From an uncultured Clostridia bacterium (GTDB lineage Bacteria; Bacillota; Clostridia; TANB77; CAG-508), in contig CALXLP010000003.1 of assembly GCA_944389225.1 (NCBI GenBank), positions 31,206-95,205 on the forward strand: DNA of 64,000 nucleotides, written 5' to 3'. The notes under the pieces were generated by a model. It did not search any database. It had not been told where the DNA came from and was given only the letters and a program-made list of their open reading frames with translations. Position numbers and translations under genes: made by a program. This document shows, piece after piece, positions 17,899 to 27,771 of the stretch. Position 1 is the first letter of the stretch. Each line of letters opens with the position of its first letter.

Positions 17899-19890
17899 AT
17901 GAATGAAATCAAACTATCAAGTAAGAAAAAAATGAGGAATGTTTTATTTATATCTTTTTTAATTATCATATGTTTGATTGTTAGAATTGGATATATTCAA
18001 TTGATACAAGGGAAAGAATTAAATAAACTTGCTTATGAACAACAAACATTAGATAGAAAAATCAATCCTAAAAGAGGAACCATTTATGACGCAACAGGAA
18101 AAAATATATTAGCCGTTAGTAGTACAGTAGAAACAGTTACAGTCAATCCAGGAAATATTTCTGCTGAAAATAAAGAAAAAGTGGCAAAAGTGTTGTCAGA
18201 TATATTTGAATTAGATTATGAAACAGTATTAAAGAAAGTGAAAAAAAGAAGTTCTATTGAAACTATTGTAAGAAGAGTAGAAAAAGATAAAACAGATGAG
18301 TTAAGAGAATGGATGGAACAAAATAATATTACAACAGGAATTAATATTGACGAAGATACAAAAAGATATTATCCATATAACAATTTGGCGTCACAAATTA
18401 TTGGCTTTTGTGGAAGTGATAATCAGGGATTAGATGGAATAGAAGCAAAATATGAAGAAGAACTAAAAGGAGAGCAAGGAGCGATTCAAAAACATACAGA
18501 TGCAAAGGGAGGAGAAATAGGAGAAGAAGGGGAAAACTATATACCTGCTGTCGATGGAAATGATTTAGTATTAACCATTGATTTAACAATACAATCTATT
18601 GTTGAAAAATATTTAGAGGAAGCTTGTATAGATAATGTTTGTACTGATGGCGGAAGTATTATTGTTATGAATCCACAAAATGGTGATATTTTGGCTATGG
18701 CCAATTATCCAAATTATAACTTAAATGAGCCATATGAACCATATACAGAAGAATTAAAAGCAACTTGGGATTCTTTAGAACAAGCGGAGAAAACAACATA
18801 TTTGCAAGCTGTATGGAGAAATAAGGCGATTGCAGATACCTATGAGCCAGGTTCTGTGTTTAAGTTAATTACAGCCTCAGCAGCACTAGAAGAAGGAATT
18901 ACAGATACAGATAATGAAGGAGAATTTTGTTGCACAGGTGGAATTGAAGTGTCAGGAGTTAGGATAAAATGTTGGAGATATTATAGACCACATGGTTCAG
19001 AAAGTTTAAGGCAAGCTTTGATGAATTCTTGTAACCCTGTTTTCATAGGATTAGGGCAGAAAATAGGTGTAACAAAATATTATGAATATTTGGAAAAATT
19101 CAAATTGCTACAAACGACAGGGATAGATTTACCAGGGGAAGCAGGAAGTATTTTTTTAGCTAAGGAAAAGGCTGGACCAGTGGAGTTAGCAACTATTAGC
19201 TTTGGTCAAAGATTTGAAATTACACCAATACAACTAGCAACAGCGGTATCTAGCATTGCTAATGGAGGAACTAGTATCAAACCAAGAGTGGTTAAACAAA
19301 TTATTGATAGTGAAACAAAAGAAGTAACAGATATTCCGGTAGAAAAAGGAGATACAGTTATATCAAAAGAAACTTCTGAAAAAGTATTAAGTATGATGGA
19401 AAGTGTTGTATCAGAAGGAACTGGTAAAAATGCAAAAGTAGCAGGATATAGAATTGGTGGCAAAACAGGGACTTCAGAAGATGGTGTAAATACGAATAAA
19501 TATGTAACATCTTTTTGTGGAGTAGCACCAATTGACAATCCGCAAGTAGTTGTTTTGGTTACTTTATATAATCCAACAGGTGAAGGAGGACATCAAGGTG
19601 GTGGCGTAGCGGCACCTGTAGGTGGGCAAATATTTAGTGAAATATTGCCATATTTAGAAGTGAATAAAGAAGTATTAGAAGATGATGAAGAAGAAGTGGT
19701 AAATCAAGTACAGGTACCAGATGTGATGGGAAAAACATTAAAAGAGGCAAAACAAATTCTAAAAGAAAATAACTTGGAAATATATTTAGAAAATGAAGAA
19801 ATAGATATGGAAAATACTTATGTAAAAAATCAAATTCCAAGTTCAGGAATTACTGTAAATGAACAAAGTAAAGTGATTATAGAATATTAA
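17899..19890 (+). CDS. Class B penicillin-binding protein (FtsI/PBP2B/SpoVD type) with one PASTA domain
   Basis: PBP dimerisation region, then transpeptidase motifs 'SVFK' (SxxK), 'SCN' (SxN) and 'KTGT'. C-terminal PASTA 'VQVPDVMGKTLKEAKQIL'. Confidence 0.9.
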   Translation: MNEIKLSSKKKMRNVLFISFLIIICLIVRIGYIQLIQGKELNKLAYEQQTLDRKINPKRGTIYDATGKNILAVSSTVETVTVNPGNISAENKEKVAKVLSDIFELDYETVLKKVKKRSSIETIVRRVEKDKTDELREWMEQNNITTGINIDEDTKRYYPYNNLASQIIGFCGSDNQGLDGIEAKYEEELKGEQGAIQKHTDAKGGEIGEEGENYIPAVDGNDLVLTIDLTIQSIVEKYLEEACIDNVCTDGGSIIVMNPQNGDILAMANYPNYNLNEPYEPYTEELKATWDSLEQAEKTTYLQAVWRNKAIADTYEPGSVFKLITASAALEEGITDTDNEGEFCCTGGIEVSGVRIKCWRYYRPHGSESLRQALMNSCNPVFIGLGQKIGVTKYYEYLEKFKLLQTTGIDLPGEAGSIFLAKEKAGPVELATISFGQRFEITPIQLATAVSSIANGGTSIKPRVVKQIIDSETKEVTDIPVEKGDTVISKETSEKVLSMMESVVSEGTGKNAKVAGYRIGGKTGTSEDGVNTNKYVTSFCGVAPIDNPQVVVLVTLYNPTGEGGHQGGGVAAPVGGQIFSEILPYLEVNKEVLEDDEEEVVNQVQVPDVMGKTLKEAKQILKENNLEIYLENEEIDMENTYVKNQIPSSGITVNEQSKVIIEY

Positions 19891-19895
19891 AATGG

Positions 19896-19936
19896 ATAAG
19901 AATAAACAGATTTTCTTTTGTTTATTCTTATTTTTT
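19896..19936 (+). terminator. Rho-independent terminator
   Basis: Stem ATAAGAATAAACA / TGTTTATTCTTAT followed by T6. Confidence 0.75.
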
Positions 19937-20078
19937 GGATAGTGTTAAATATATAAAAAGGAAAAAATTGGTTATACAAAATTAGACATATTGCTTATAA
20001 AAATATTGTAAAAAATTATAGAATCATATATAATAAAAAAGATAAATATAATTAACAAAAGAAAGGAAGAAAAAAACA

Positions 20079-23000
20079 TTGAAAGTGAAGTTAAAAAACA
20101 AAAGTAAAGTTATTATTAGCATTATTTTTATGGTAATATTAATAATAGGAATCGTATCAATGTATTTACGAAGTAATACAGAAATTGTATCCTTAGCAGG
20201 AAATTGGTTAAATGCAATGAATGCCAATGTGGAACAAAGAATAGTAGGAAGTGGACTAGAATCAGCATATATTGAATGGGAAAGTGTTGATGGAGCAACA
20301 GGATATAATGTATATATATGTGATGAGTCATCTGGTAACTATGAGCAACTAGATAATGAATTAATAAGAAGATATAAAGATGGAACAGATTCTTATTGGA
20401 GAGCAGATGCTGTTGGTTTAAAAGCAGGAAAATATCATTTTAGAATTGTACCAATCATAAATAATCAAAATGATAGTAGTAAACAATTTGATTCTGATGT
20501 TATAACTGTACAAGCACATGATAGAACAGGATTTGCATGGGTAGATGGAGAAACAACAGGTGCATATAATATAGATGGTACATTAAAAGAAAATGCGAAT
20601 GTTATATATGTTACAGAAGAAACTAAAGATACCGTTTCTTTAGAAGTGCAAACAAGTTCAAATGGGAAAACAGAAACAGCACAAGGATTACAAAATATAT
20701 TGGATTTATATAAAAAAGGATATGATAACACACCACTTGTGATAAGATTTATTGGTAAAGTAACAGATCCAAGTGCATTAGATGGTGGAGATATTGTCAT
20801 TAGTGGAAGTGGTTCAGATAAAAGAATCAATTGTGGAATCACATTAGAAGGAATTGGAGAAGATGCCACTTTATATGGATATGGTATCAGAATCAAAAAT
20901 GCCACAAATGTAGAAATTAGAAATATAGCAGTTATGCTAACAGATAGTGATGAAGGAGATAATATTGGGCTTCAACAAGAGAATGACCATGTATGGGTAC
21001 ACAATTGTGATTTCTTTTATGGAGAGCCAGGAAGTGATTCAGACCAAGCAAAAGGTGATGGAGCATTAGATTGTAAAAAATCAACTTATGTAACATTTTC
21101 ATATAATCATTTTTGGGATTCAGGAAAAAGTAACCTTTTAGGATTAAGTGAAAATACAACAGAAGGATTGTATATCACATATCATCATAATTGGTATGAC
21201 CATTCTGATTCAAGACATCCAAGAATTAGATTTTACTCTGCACATGTATACAATAATTATTATGATGGAAATTCAAAATATGGTGTAGGAGCATGTTTAG
21301 GTTCATCTGTTTTAGTAGAAGGAAACTACTTTAGAAATTGTAAAAAACCAATGATGATATCAATGCAAGGTTCTGACACAAGCGGAACATTTTCTAAAGA
21401 AGATGGAGGAATGATAAAAGCATATAACAATTATATGATAGGACAAGATTCCTATATTCCATATTCAAAAGATAATGAAAGTTTTGATGCTTATGAAGTA
21501 TCAAATATAGATGAAACAGTACCAAGTTCAGTAAAATCATTGCAAGGAGAAAATACATACAACAATTTTGATACATCAAGTATCATGTATGAATATGAAG
21601 CAGATAGCCCAGAAGTAGCAAAACAAAAAGTAGAAACATATGCTGGTCGTTTAAATGGTGGAGATTTAAAATGGGAATTTAATGATTCTAAAGATGATGA
21701 ATCAGATAAATTAAATACAGAACTAAAAAATGCTTTAGAAAATTATGAAACAAATTTATTATCAGTAGGTGGAAATTCTATTGATTCTCCAGAACAGCCA
21801 GAAGATCCAGAGCCAGAACCAGAAGTCATCCCAGTAGAAAATGTAGTCTTAAATCAAAATAATGTAACTTTAAATATTGGAGAAACAACAACATTACAGG
21901 CAACCATAACACCGGATAATGCAACAAACAAAAATGTGACATGGACTTCAGAAGATAGTGATATAGCAAGTGTAGATAAAGATGGGAAAGTGACAGCAAA
22001 AAAAGTAGGAAAAACAACCATAACAGTTACAACAGAGGATGGACAAAAAATAGCAACATGTGAGGTTACAGTTATAGAAAAACAAGACCCAGAGCCTGAC
22101 CCAGAACCAGAAGTCATCCCAGTAGAAAATGTAGCCTTAAATCAAAATAATGTGACTTTAAACATTGGAGAAACAACAACATTACAGGCAACCATAACAC
22201 CAGATAATGCAACAAATAAAACTGTAACTTGGAGTTCAGAAGATAGTGATATAGCAAGTGTAGATAAAGATGGAAAAGTGACAGCAAAAGAAGTAGGAAA
22301 AACAACCATAACAGTTACAACAGAGGATGGAGAAAAAACAGCAACATGTGAGGTTACAGTTATAAAAAAACAAGAACCAGAGCCTGACCCAGAACCTGAG
22401 CCAGAAGTCATACCAGTAGAAAATGTAGTATTAAATCAAAATAATGTAACTTTAAATATTGGAGAAACAACAACATTACAGGCAACCATAACACCAGATA
22501 ATGCAACAAATAAAACTGTAGCTTGGACTTCAGAAAATGAAGATATAGCAAGAGTAAACAATGGTATTGTAACTGCAATAGGACCAGGAGAAACAACCAT
22601 AACAGTAACTACACAAGATGGTCAAAAAACTGCAAAATGTACGATTACAGTAATAGAACCAGAGCCAGAAGAAATTCATGTAGAAAAAGTAGAGTTAAAT
22701 ATGCAAAACATTTCTTTAGAAATTGGAGAAACAGCAACATTAGTGGCAGTTATCACACCAAATGATGCAACAAATAAAAATGTAACTTGGACATCTGAGG
22801 ATGAAAATATAGCAAGTGTAAATAATGGTATTGTAACAGCAATAGGACCAGGAGAGACAATGATAACCGTAACAACAGAAGATGGAGAAAAAACAGCAAC
22901 ATGTAAAATTACGGTTACTGAAGAAGAGGAAGAACTTGTATCAACTATTTCTTATGATTATACAGAACTAACCAATCAAAATGTCACAGCAACCATCACA

Positions 23001-23576
23001 TTTAATAGAGATGATGTAACCATAACTAATAATGATGGAAGTAATGAATATGTTTTTGAAAAAAATGGGACATTTACATTTGAATATATAGATAGTGAAG
23101 GAAATCGTTCTCAAAATATAGCTAGAGTTACCTGGATAGATAAAGAAGGACCACAAATCAATATCAATTATGAAACGATAAATAATGGTAAAGCAGTAAA
23201 AGTAACCATACAAGCAAATGAAGAATTAAAACCAATAGAAGGATGGACATTATCAGAAGATAGATTGACAATTAGTAAGACATTTGATGAAAACCAAACA
23301 GAAACCATCCAATTAAGTGATTTAGCAGGAAATATCGTTGAAACAACTATAAATGTTCAAAATATAGAACAATCAGAAGATGAAAATCAAAATAATGAGA
23401 GTACAACAAATACGATTACAGGAAATACAAATAACTATAAAGATGATACAGTAGCAAACACTATTTTACCAAGTGCAGGACTTTCAATAATTATAAAAGC
23501 ACTTATTGTACTTGTATTACTAGGAACAATTGGTTTCTATATTCGTTATAGATATTTGAAAGGGATAATAAAATAA
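20079..23576 (+). CDS. Cell-surface protein: PL1 pectate-lyase-like domain, 4 Big_2 Ig-like repeats, Ig-like C-terminal region and an LPSAG sorting signal
   Basis: N-terminal signal/anchor. PL1 motifs 'HVWVHNCDF', 'GDGALDCKK', 'SRHPRIRF' and 'HVYNNYYDG'. Four 'LNIGETTTLQATITPDNATNK.VTW.SED' Big_2 units with PEPEPE linkers. The C-terminus is 'LPSAG', a hydrophobic stretch, then 'RYRYLKGIIK'. Confidence 0.85.
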   Translation: MKVKLKNKSKVIISIIFMVILIIGIVSMYLRSNTEIVSLAGNWLNAMNANVEQRIVGSGLESAYIEWESVDGATGYNVYICDESSGNYEQLDNELIRRYKDGTDSYWRADAVGLKAGKYHFRIVPIINNQNDSSKQFDSDVITVQAHDRTGFAWVDGETTGAYNIDGTLKENANVIYVTEETKDTVSLEVQTSSNGKTETAQGLQNILDLYKKGYDNTPLVIRFIGKVTDPSALDGGDIVISGSGSDKRINCGITLEGIGEDATLYGYGIRIKNATNVEIRNIAVMLTDSDEGDNIGLQQENDHVWVHNCDFFYGEPGSDSDQAKGDGALDCKKSTYVTFSYNHFWDSGKSNLLGLSENTTEGLYITYHHNWYDHSDSRHPRIRFYSAHVYNNYYDGNSKYGVGACLGSSVLVEGNYFRNCKKPMMISMQGSDTSGTFSKEDGGMIKAYNNYMIGQDSYIPYSKDNESFDAYEVSNIDETVPSSVKSLQGENTYNNFDTSSIMYEYEADSPEVAKQKVETYAGRLNGGDLKWEFNDSKDDESDKLNTELKNALENYETNLLSVGGNSIDSPEQPEDPEPEPEVIPVENVVLNQNNVTLNIGETTTLQATITPDNATNKNVTWTSEDSDIASVDKDGKVTAKKVGKTTITVTTEDGQKIATCEVTVIEKQDPEPDPEPEVIPVENVALNQNNVTLNIGETTTLQATITPDNATNKTVTWSSEDSDIASVDKDGKVTAKEVGKTTITVTTEDGEKTATCEVTVIKKQEPEPDPEPEPEVIPVENVVLNQNNVTLNIGETTTLQATITPDNATNKTVAWTSENEDIARVNNGIVTAIGPGETTITVTTQDGQKTAKCTITVIEPEPEEIHVEKVELNMQNISLEIGETATLVAVITPNDATNKNVTWTSEDENIASVNNGIVTAIGPGETMITVTTEDGEKTATCKITVTEEEEELVSTISYDYTELTNQNVTATITFNRDDVTITNNDGSNEYVFEKNGTFTFEYIDSEGNRSQNIARVTWIDKEGPQININYETINNGKAVKVTIQANEELKPIEGWTLSEDRLTISKTFDENQTETIQLSDLAGNIVETTINVQNIEQSEDENQNNESTTNTITGNTNNYKDDTVANTILPSAGLSIIIKALIVLVLLGTIGFYIRYRYLKGIIK
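21790..22930 (+). repeat. In-frame tandem coding repeats (about 288-294 bp units, first three nearly identical)
   Basis: GAAGTCATCCCAGTAGAAAATGTAG recurs at about 21822, 22110 and 22404. A fourth, diverged unit starts at about 22677. Confidence 0.85.
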
Positions 23577-23580
23577 TTAA

Positions 23581-23620
23581 AAAGCAACATAAAGAATAGA
23601 AATATTTTTTGTGTTGCTTT
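23581..23620 (+). terminator. Candidate terminator after the surface-protein gene
   Basis: Stem AAAGCAACA / TGTTGCTTT with a 22-nt loop and a weak T tail. Confidence 0.5.
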
Positions 23621-23840
23621 ATTTGTTGTAGATAAGAAGGATATATGCTACTTGACTGCAAGCTTTGATTATTAAATACGATTAAATTATTTTATAAAAA
23701 ACTAATTGAAATTATTAATTTTTAAAAGTAAAAAAATATAAAAACTCTATACAAAAAATAATTTTCGTTATATAATATGAAGGATTAAATGGAATAATTT
23801 GCATATAATTAAGTATTAATAATCGAAAGGATTGAAAAAA

Positions 23841-25337
23841 ATGAAATTAAAAGAAATGTTAGTAGGTTTAGAAAATTTAAAAGTAAAAGGAGATTTAGAT
23901 ATTGAAATATCTGGAGTTGAAAACAACTCAAAAAATGTAAAGCAAGGATATTTATTTGTAGCAATACAAGGCTTTTCAACAGATGGTCATCAATATGTGG
24001 AAAATGCTATAGAAAATGGTGCAGTAGCTATTATGATACAAGAAGGCTGTAACTTAAAAGGTGCTAAAATACCAGATAATATAACTGTTATCATGGCAAA
24101 AGATACAAGAGAAGGATTAGCTATTGTATCAGATAATTTTTATGATCATCCATCAAGAAAATTTAAATTAATTGGTGTTACAGGAACAAAAGGAAAAACA
24201 ACAACAACGTTTATGATAAAAGAAATATTTGAAAAAGCAGGAAAAAAAGTAGGTTTAATTGGAACAATTGCAACATATATTAATGGAAAAAAAGTGAAAG
24301 ATAGTGATAGAACAACACCAGAAAGTTTAGAATTACAACAAACATTTGATGAAATGGTAAAACAAGGTGTTGAAGTGGTTGTTATGGAAGTTTCATCACA
24401 AAGCTTGAAATTAAATAGAGTAGAGGGATGTAATTTTGATATTGTTGTATTTACAAACTTTTCAGAAGATCATATCAGCCCTAAAGAGCATCCAGATATG
24501 GAGGACTACTTTAATTCAAAATTAAAGTTATTTAAAATGTGTAAAACAGGAATCACAAATGCAGATGATTTACATGGAGCAAAAATACCAAGATTATTCC
24601 CAGATAGCAATATTACAACATATGGAATTGATAATTATGCAAATCTTTTAGCAAAAGATATTACTATTACAAATTCTTATGTGGATTTTAAAGTAAAATT
24701 AAAAGATAAAAATGAAAGAGTAAAAACAGGAATACCTGGAAGGTTTAGTGTATATAATTCATTAGCGGCTATTTGTGTTGCACAAAAATTTGGAATTGCT
24801 CCTGAACCTATAAAAGAAGCTTTGGCAGAGGTGAGAGTACCAGGAAGATCTGAATTAGTAGATAATAAAAGAGAAATACCAATCATGATAGATTATGCCC
24901 ATTCACCAGAAAGTCTAGAAAATATATTACAAGCAACAAAAAGTTATACAAGAGGAAAAGTTATATCTGTATTTGGCTGTGGTGGAGATAGAGATGCTGG
25001 TAAAAGACCAATTATGGGAGAAATATCAGGAAGAATTGCAGATTTTACAATTATTACATCTGATAACCCAAGAACAGAAGATCCTAAAAAAATAGTAGAC
25101 CAAATAGAAGAAGGTATGAAAAAAACAAATGGAAAATATGAAGTCATTGTAGATAGAACAGAAGCAATAAAAGAAGCTATTAAAATGGCTACTAAAAGAG
25201 ACATTGTTATTTTAGCAGGAAAAGGACATGAACCATATCAAGAAATTAATGGAGAAAAATATCCATTTGATGAGAGAGTGATTGTTAGAAACATCATAGA
25301 TGAATTAGAAAATGAAACAAAAAATAAGAAAAAATAA
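23841..25337 (+). CDS. murE: UDP-N-acetylmuramoyl-L-alanyl-D-glutamate--2,6-diaminopimelate ligase
   Basis: 'GVTGTKGKTTT' P-loop, Mur ligase middle and C-terminal domains, and the 'TSDNPRTEDP' (DNPR) motif typical of meso-DAP-adding MurE. ATG 23841 is preferred over TTG 23832. Confidence 0.9.
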   Translation: MKLKEMLVGLENLKVKGDLDIEISGVENNSKNVKQGYLFVAIQGFSTDGHQYVENAIENGAVAIMIQEGCNLKGAKIPDNITVIMAKDTREGLAIVSDNFYDHPSRKFKLIGVTGTKGKTTTTFMIKEIFEKAGKKVGLIGTIATYINGKKVKDSDRTTPESLELQQTFDEMVKQGVEVVVMEVSSQSLKLNRVEGCNFDIVVFTNFSEDHISPKEHPDMEDYFNSKLKLFKMCKTGITNADDLHGAKIPRLFPDSNITTYGIDNYANLLAKDITITNSYVDFKVKLKDKNERVKTGIPGRFSVYNSLAAICVAQKFGIAPEPIKEALAEVRVPGRSELVDNKREIPIMIDYAHSPESLENILQATKSYTRGKVISVFGCGGDRDAGKRPIMGEISGRIADFTIITSDNPRTEDPKKIVDQIEEGMKKTNGKYEVIVDRTEAIKEAIKMATKRDIVILAGKGHEPYQEINGEKYPFDERVIVRNIIDELENETKNKKK

Positions 25338-25360
25338 AACGAAAGAAAGGTTGGATTAAA

Positions 25361-26341
25361 TTGATATTCGAGGCAAAAGTATTGATAATTGCATTTATTA
25401 TAGCCATTATCATGGGATTTATCATTATACCAATATTAAAGAAAAGAAAAGTAGGGCAAATAGAGAGGGACGATGGACCACAATCTCATTTAAAAAAACA
25501 AGGAACTCCAACAATGGGAGGAATTATTATCATTATTACCATGACTTTGGTGGTAATAGGAACATATATATATTTGTCAAGGATTGGAGAAACAGATATA
25601 GCTCATAAATTGTTACCAATATTGTTATTGACGATTGGATTTGGCTTGATTGGATTTATCGATGATTTTAAAAAATTAGTATTAAAAAATACAGAAGGTT
25701 TAAAACCAAGTTATAAGATGATTGGATTACTGATTATTTCAGTAGCATATGTCATTTATTTAGTATATGGATTAAAAATTGAAACACAAACATATATACC
25801 AATTATAAAAACATATATTGATATGCCTGTTTTTATATATATTCCATTTGCAATTGTTGTTATATTAGGAGCGACAAATGCAGTAAATTTAACAGATGGA
25901 ATTGATGGTTTATCATCTAGTGTGTGTGCGATTATAATTACTACTTTAGCGATTATAGGAATTAGTTTACAATTATATGAAGTATCTATATTTGCAAGTA
26001 TTGTCATAGGTGCAGTTTTAGGATTTTTAATGTTTAATATTCATCCAGCAAAAGTATTTATGGGAGATACAGGATCTCTTATGCTAGGAGGCGTTATATC
26101 AGGATTAGCACTATACCTAGAAATGCCATTATTATTACTTGTCATTGCATTAATACCAGTATTGGAAACTATATCTGTTATGATACAAGTGGTATACTTT
26201 AAAAAGACAGGAAAACGATTTTTCAAAATGGCACCTTTACATCACCACTTTGAATTATCAGGTTGGAAAGAAAATAAGGTAGTCGTTGTATTTAGTGTAG
26301 TAACATTATTATTATGTATCATTGGACTAAAGATAATATAA
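25361..26341 (+). CDS. mraY: Phospho-N-acetylmuramoyl-pentapeptide transferase
   Basis: 'GTPTMGG', 'NAVNLTDGIDGL', 'VFMGDTGSL' and 'APLHHHFE' motifs. 10 TM. Confidence 0.9.
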   Translation: MIFEAKVLIIAFIIAIIMGFIIIPILKKRKVGQIERDDGPQSHLKKQGTPTMGGIIIIITMTLVVIGTYIYLSRIGETDIAHKLLPILLLTIGFGLIGFIDDFKKLVLKNTEGLKPSYKMIGLLIISVAYVIYLVYGLKIETQTYIPIIKTYIDMPVFIYIPFAIVVILGATNAVNLTDGIDGLSSSVCAIIITTLAIIGISLQLYEVSIFASIVIGAVLGFLMFNIHPAKVFMGDTGSLMLGGVISGLALYLEMPLLLLVIALIPVLETISVMIQVVYFKKTGKRFFKMAPLHHHFELSGWKENKVVVVFSVVTLLLCIIGLKII

Positions 26342-26439
26342 GGAAAGCATGCATCACGAAATCAAAGATTTCTATGCATAAATGTGAAGACTGCTATGCA
26401 GTACTTCACGAATATAAGGAGCTTAACCTTGTTGTATAC

Positions 26440-26488
26440 GAAAAAATCTATATAGGGTCAAGATAAAAGAGGATTTTTTCTATACAAT
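26440..26488 (+). repeat. Conserved intergenic element, copy 1 (family with 39507-39556 and 58614-58725)
   Basis: GAAAAAATCTATATAGGGTCAAGATAAAAGAGGATTTTTTCTATACAAT. Over 90% identical to the copy upstream of ispH. Confidence 0.7.
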
Positions 26489-26592
26489 AAAAAAATAGAC
26501 AAAAGAAAAGGTCGAAAAAAAGATTCTTTTCCAAAAGATTAAGGAATTTTAGTCATATGACTTTTTTCTTGAGAAAGGAATGATAAAAAAGA

Positions 26593-27726
26593 ATGGTAAA
26601 AAAGAAAGGTAAGAGTTTTTCAAGCTTTCTAAAAAACCCAATTGATTTTACATTATTGATAACGATATTGTTATTGTTATCAATAGGACTAATTATGGTA
26701 CTTTCAGCAAGTTCACCATCAGCACTTTCTGAAAGTGGAAATAGTTACTCATATTTTTTTAGACAGGCAATTTTTGCGGTAGCTGGATTGTTTATGATGT
26801 GGGTAATTTCTAACATTGATTATCGATTTTATCAAAAATATTCTAAATTAGCATATATTATAGCATTCTTATTGCTATTAGCAGTACCACTTATAGGTAG
26901 AGAAGTAAATGGTGCAAAAAGATGGATATATATTACAGAATCACTTTCGTTTCAACCATCTGAAATTGTAAAATTATTAATGATATTATTTTATGCAGGA
27001 ATATTGGTGAAAAATAGAGATGAATTAAATAAATATGGAAAGGGCTTTTTAAAACATATCATCATGATAGCACCAATTATTGCTTTGTTATTAATAGAAC
27101 CACACTTTAGTGCATCAATCATTATTATTGGAATTGTAGCAATTATGATGATTATAGCAGGATGTAAATTTTGGCATTTTCTTGTATCTGGTTTAGTAGT
27201 AGGAGTACCTGGAATTATAGCATTAATTTTTCTAGAGCCTTATAGATTACAAAGGGTTATTACATTCTTAAATCCATGGAGTGATCCAACAGGAGATGGT
27301 TGGCAGGTAATACAAAGTTTATATGCTATTGGTTCAGGAGGATTATTTGGAGCAGGATTAGGAGAAAGTAAACAAAAATATTTGTATATCCCAGAACCAC
27401 ATAATGATTTTATATTCTCAATATTAGCAGAAGAATTAGGATTTATAGGATGTGCAGTCGTGATTATATTATTTGCTATATTTATATGGAGAGGAATTTT
27501 AATTGCCATGAAATCTCCAGATATGTTTGGTAGTTTAATTGCTATAGGAATTACAGCACAAATTGCTATTCAAGTAATTATCAATATTGCCGTTGTTACT
27601 TCATCAATGCCGGCAACAGGAATGCCATTACCATTCTTTAGTTATGGAGGTACATCATTATTTATATTACTCTGTGAGATGGGAGTGCTCTTAAATATTT
27701 CGAAAGCAGGGGCGAAGAAGGATTAA
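26593..27726 (+). CDS. ftsW: SEDS-family peptidoglycan polymerase FtsW/SpoVE
   Basis: 10-TM SEDS protein with 'GAKRWI', 'FQPSE', 'PEPHNDFIF' and 'LPFFSYGGTS' motifs. Confidence 0.9.
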   Translation: MVKKKGKSFSSFLKNPIDFTLLITILLLLSIGLIMVLSASSPSALSESGNSYSYFFRQAIFAVAGLFMMWVISNIDYRFYQKYSKLAYIIAFLLLLAVPLIGREVNGAKRWIYITESLSFQPSEIVKLLMILFYAGILVKNRDELNKYGKGFLKHIIMIAPIIALLLIEPHFSASIIIIGIVAIMMIIAGCKFWHFLVSGLVVGVPGIIALIFLEPYRLQRVITFLNPWSDPTGDGWQVIQSLYAIGSGGLFGAGLGESKQKYLYIPEPHNDFIFSILAEELGFIGCAVVIILFAIFIWRGILIAMKSPDMFGSLIAIGITAQIAIQVIINIAVVTSSMPATGMPLPFFSYGGTSLFILLCEMGVLLNISKAGAKKD

Positions 27727-27771
27727 GGTGTATGTCTTTAATCCTTATTTTGTAATAAAGGAGAGAAAAAA

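Noticed and set aside
21790-22930. Long DNA repeats as an IS/transposon or CRISPR-like feature
   Set aside because: They are in-frame Big_2 domain repeats of one continuous ORF. No terminal inverted repeats or transposase are present.
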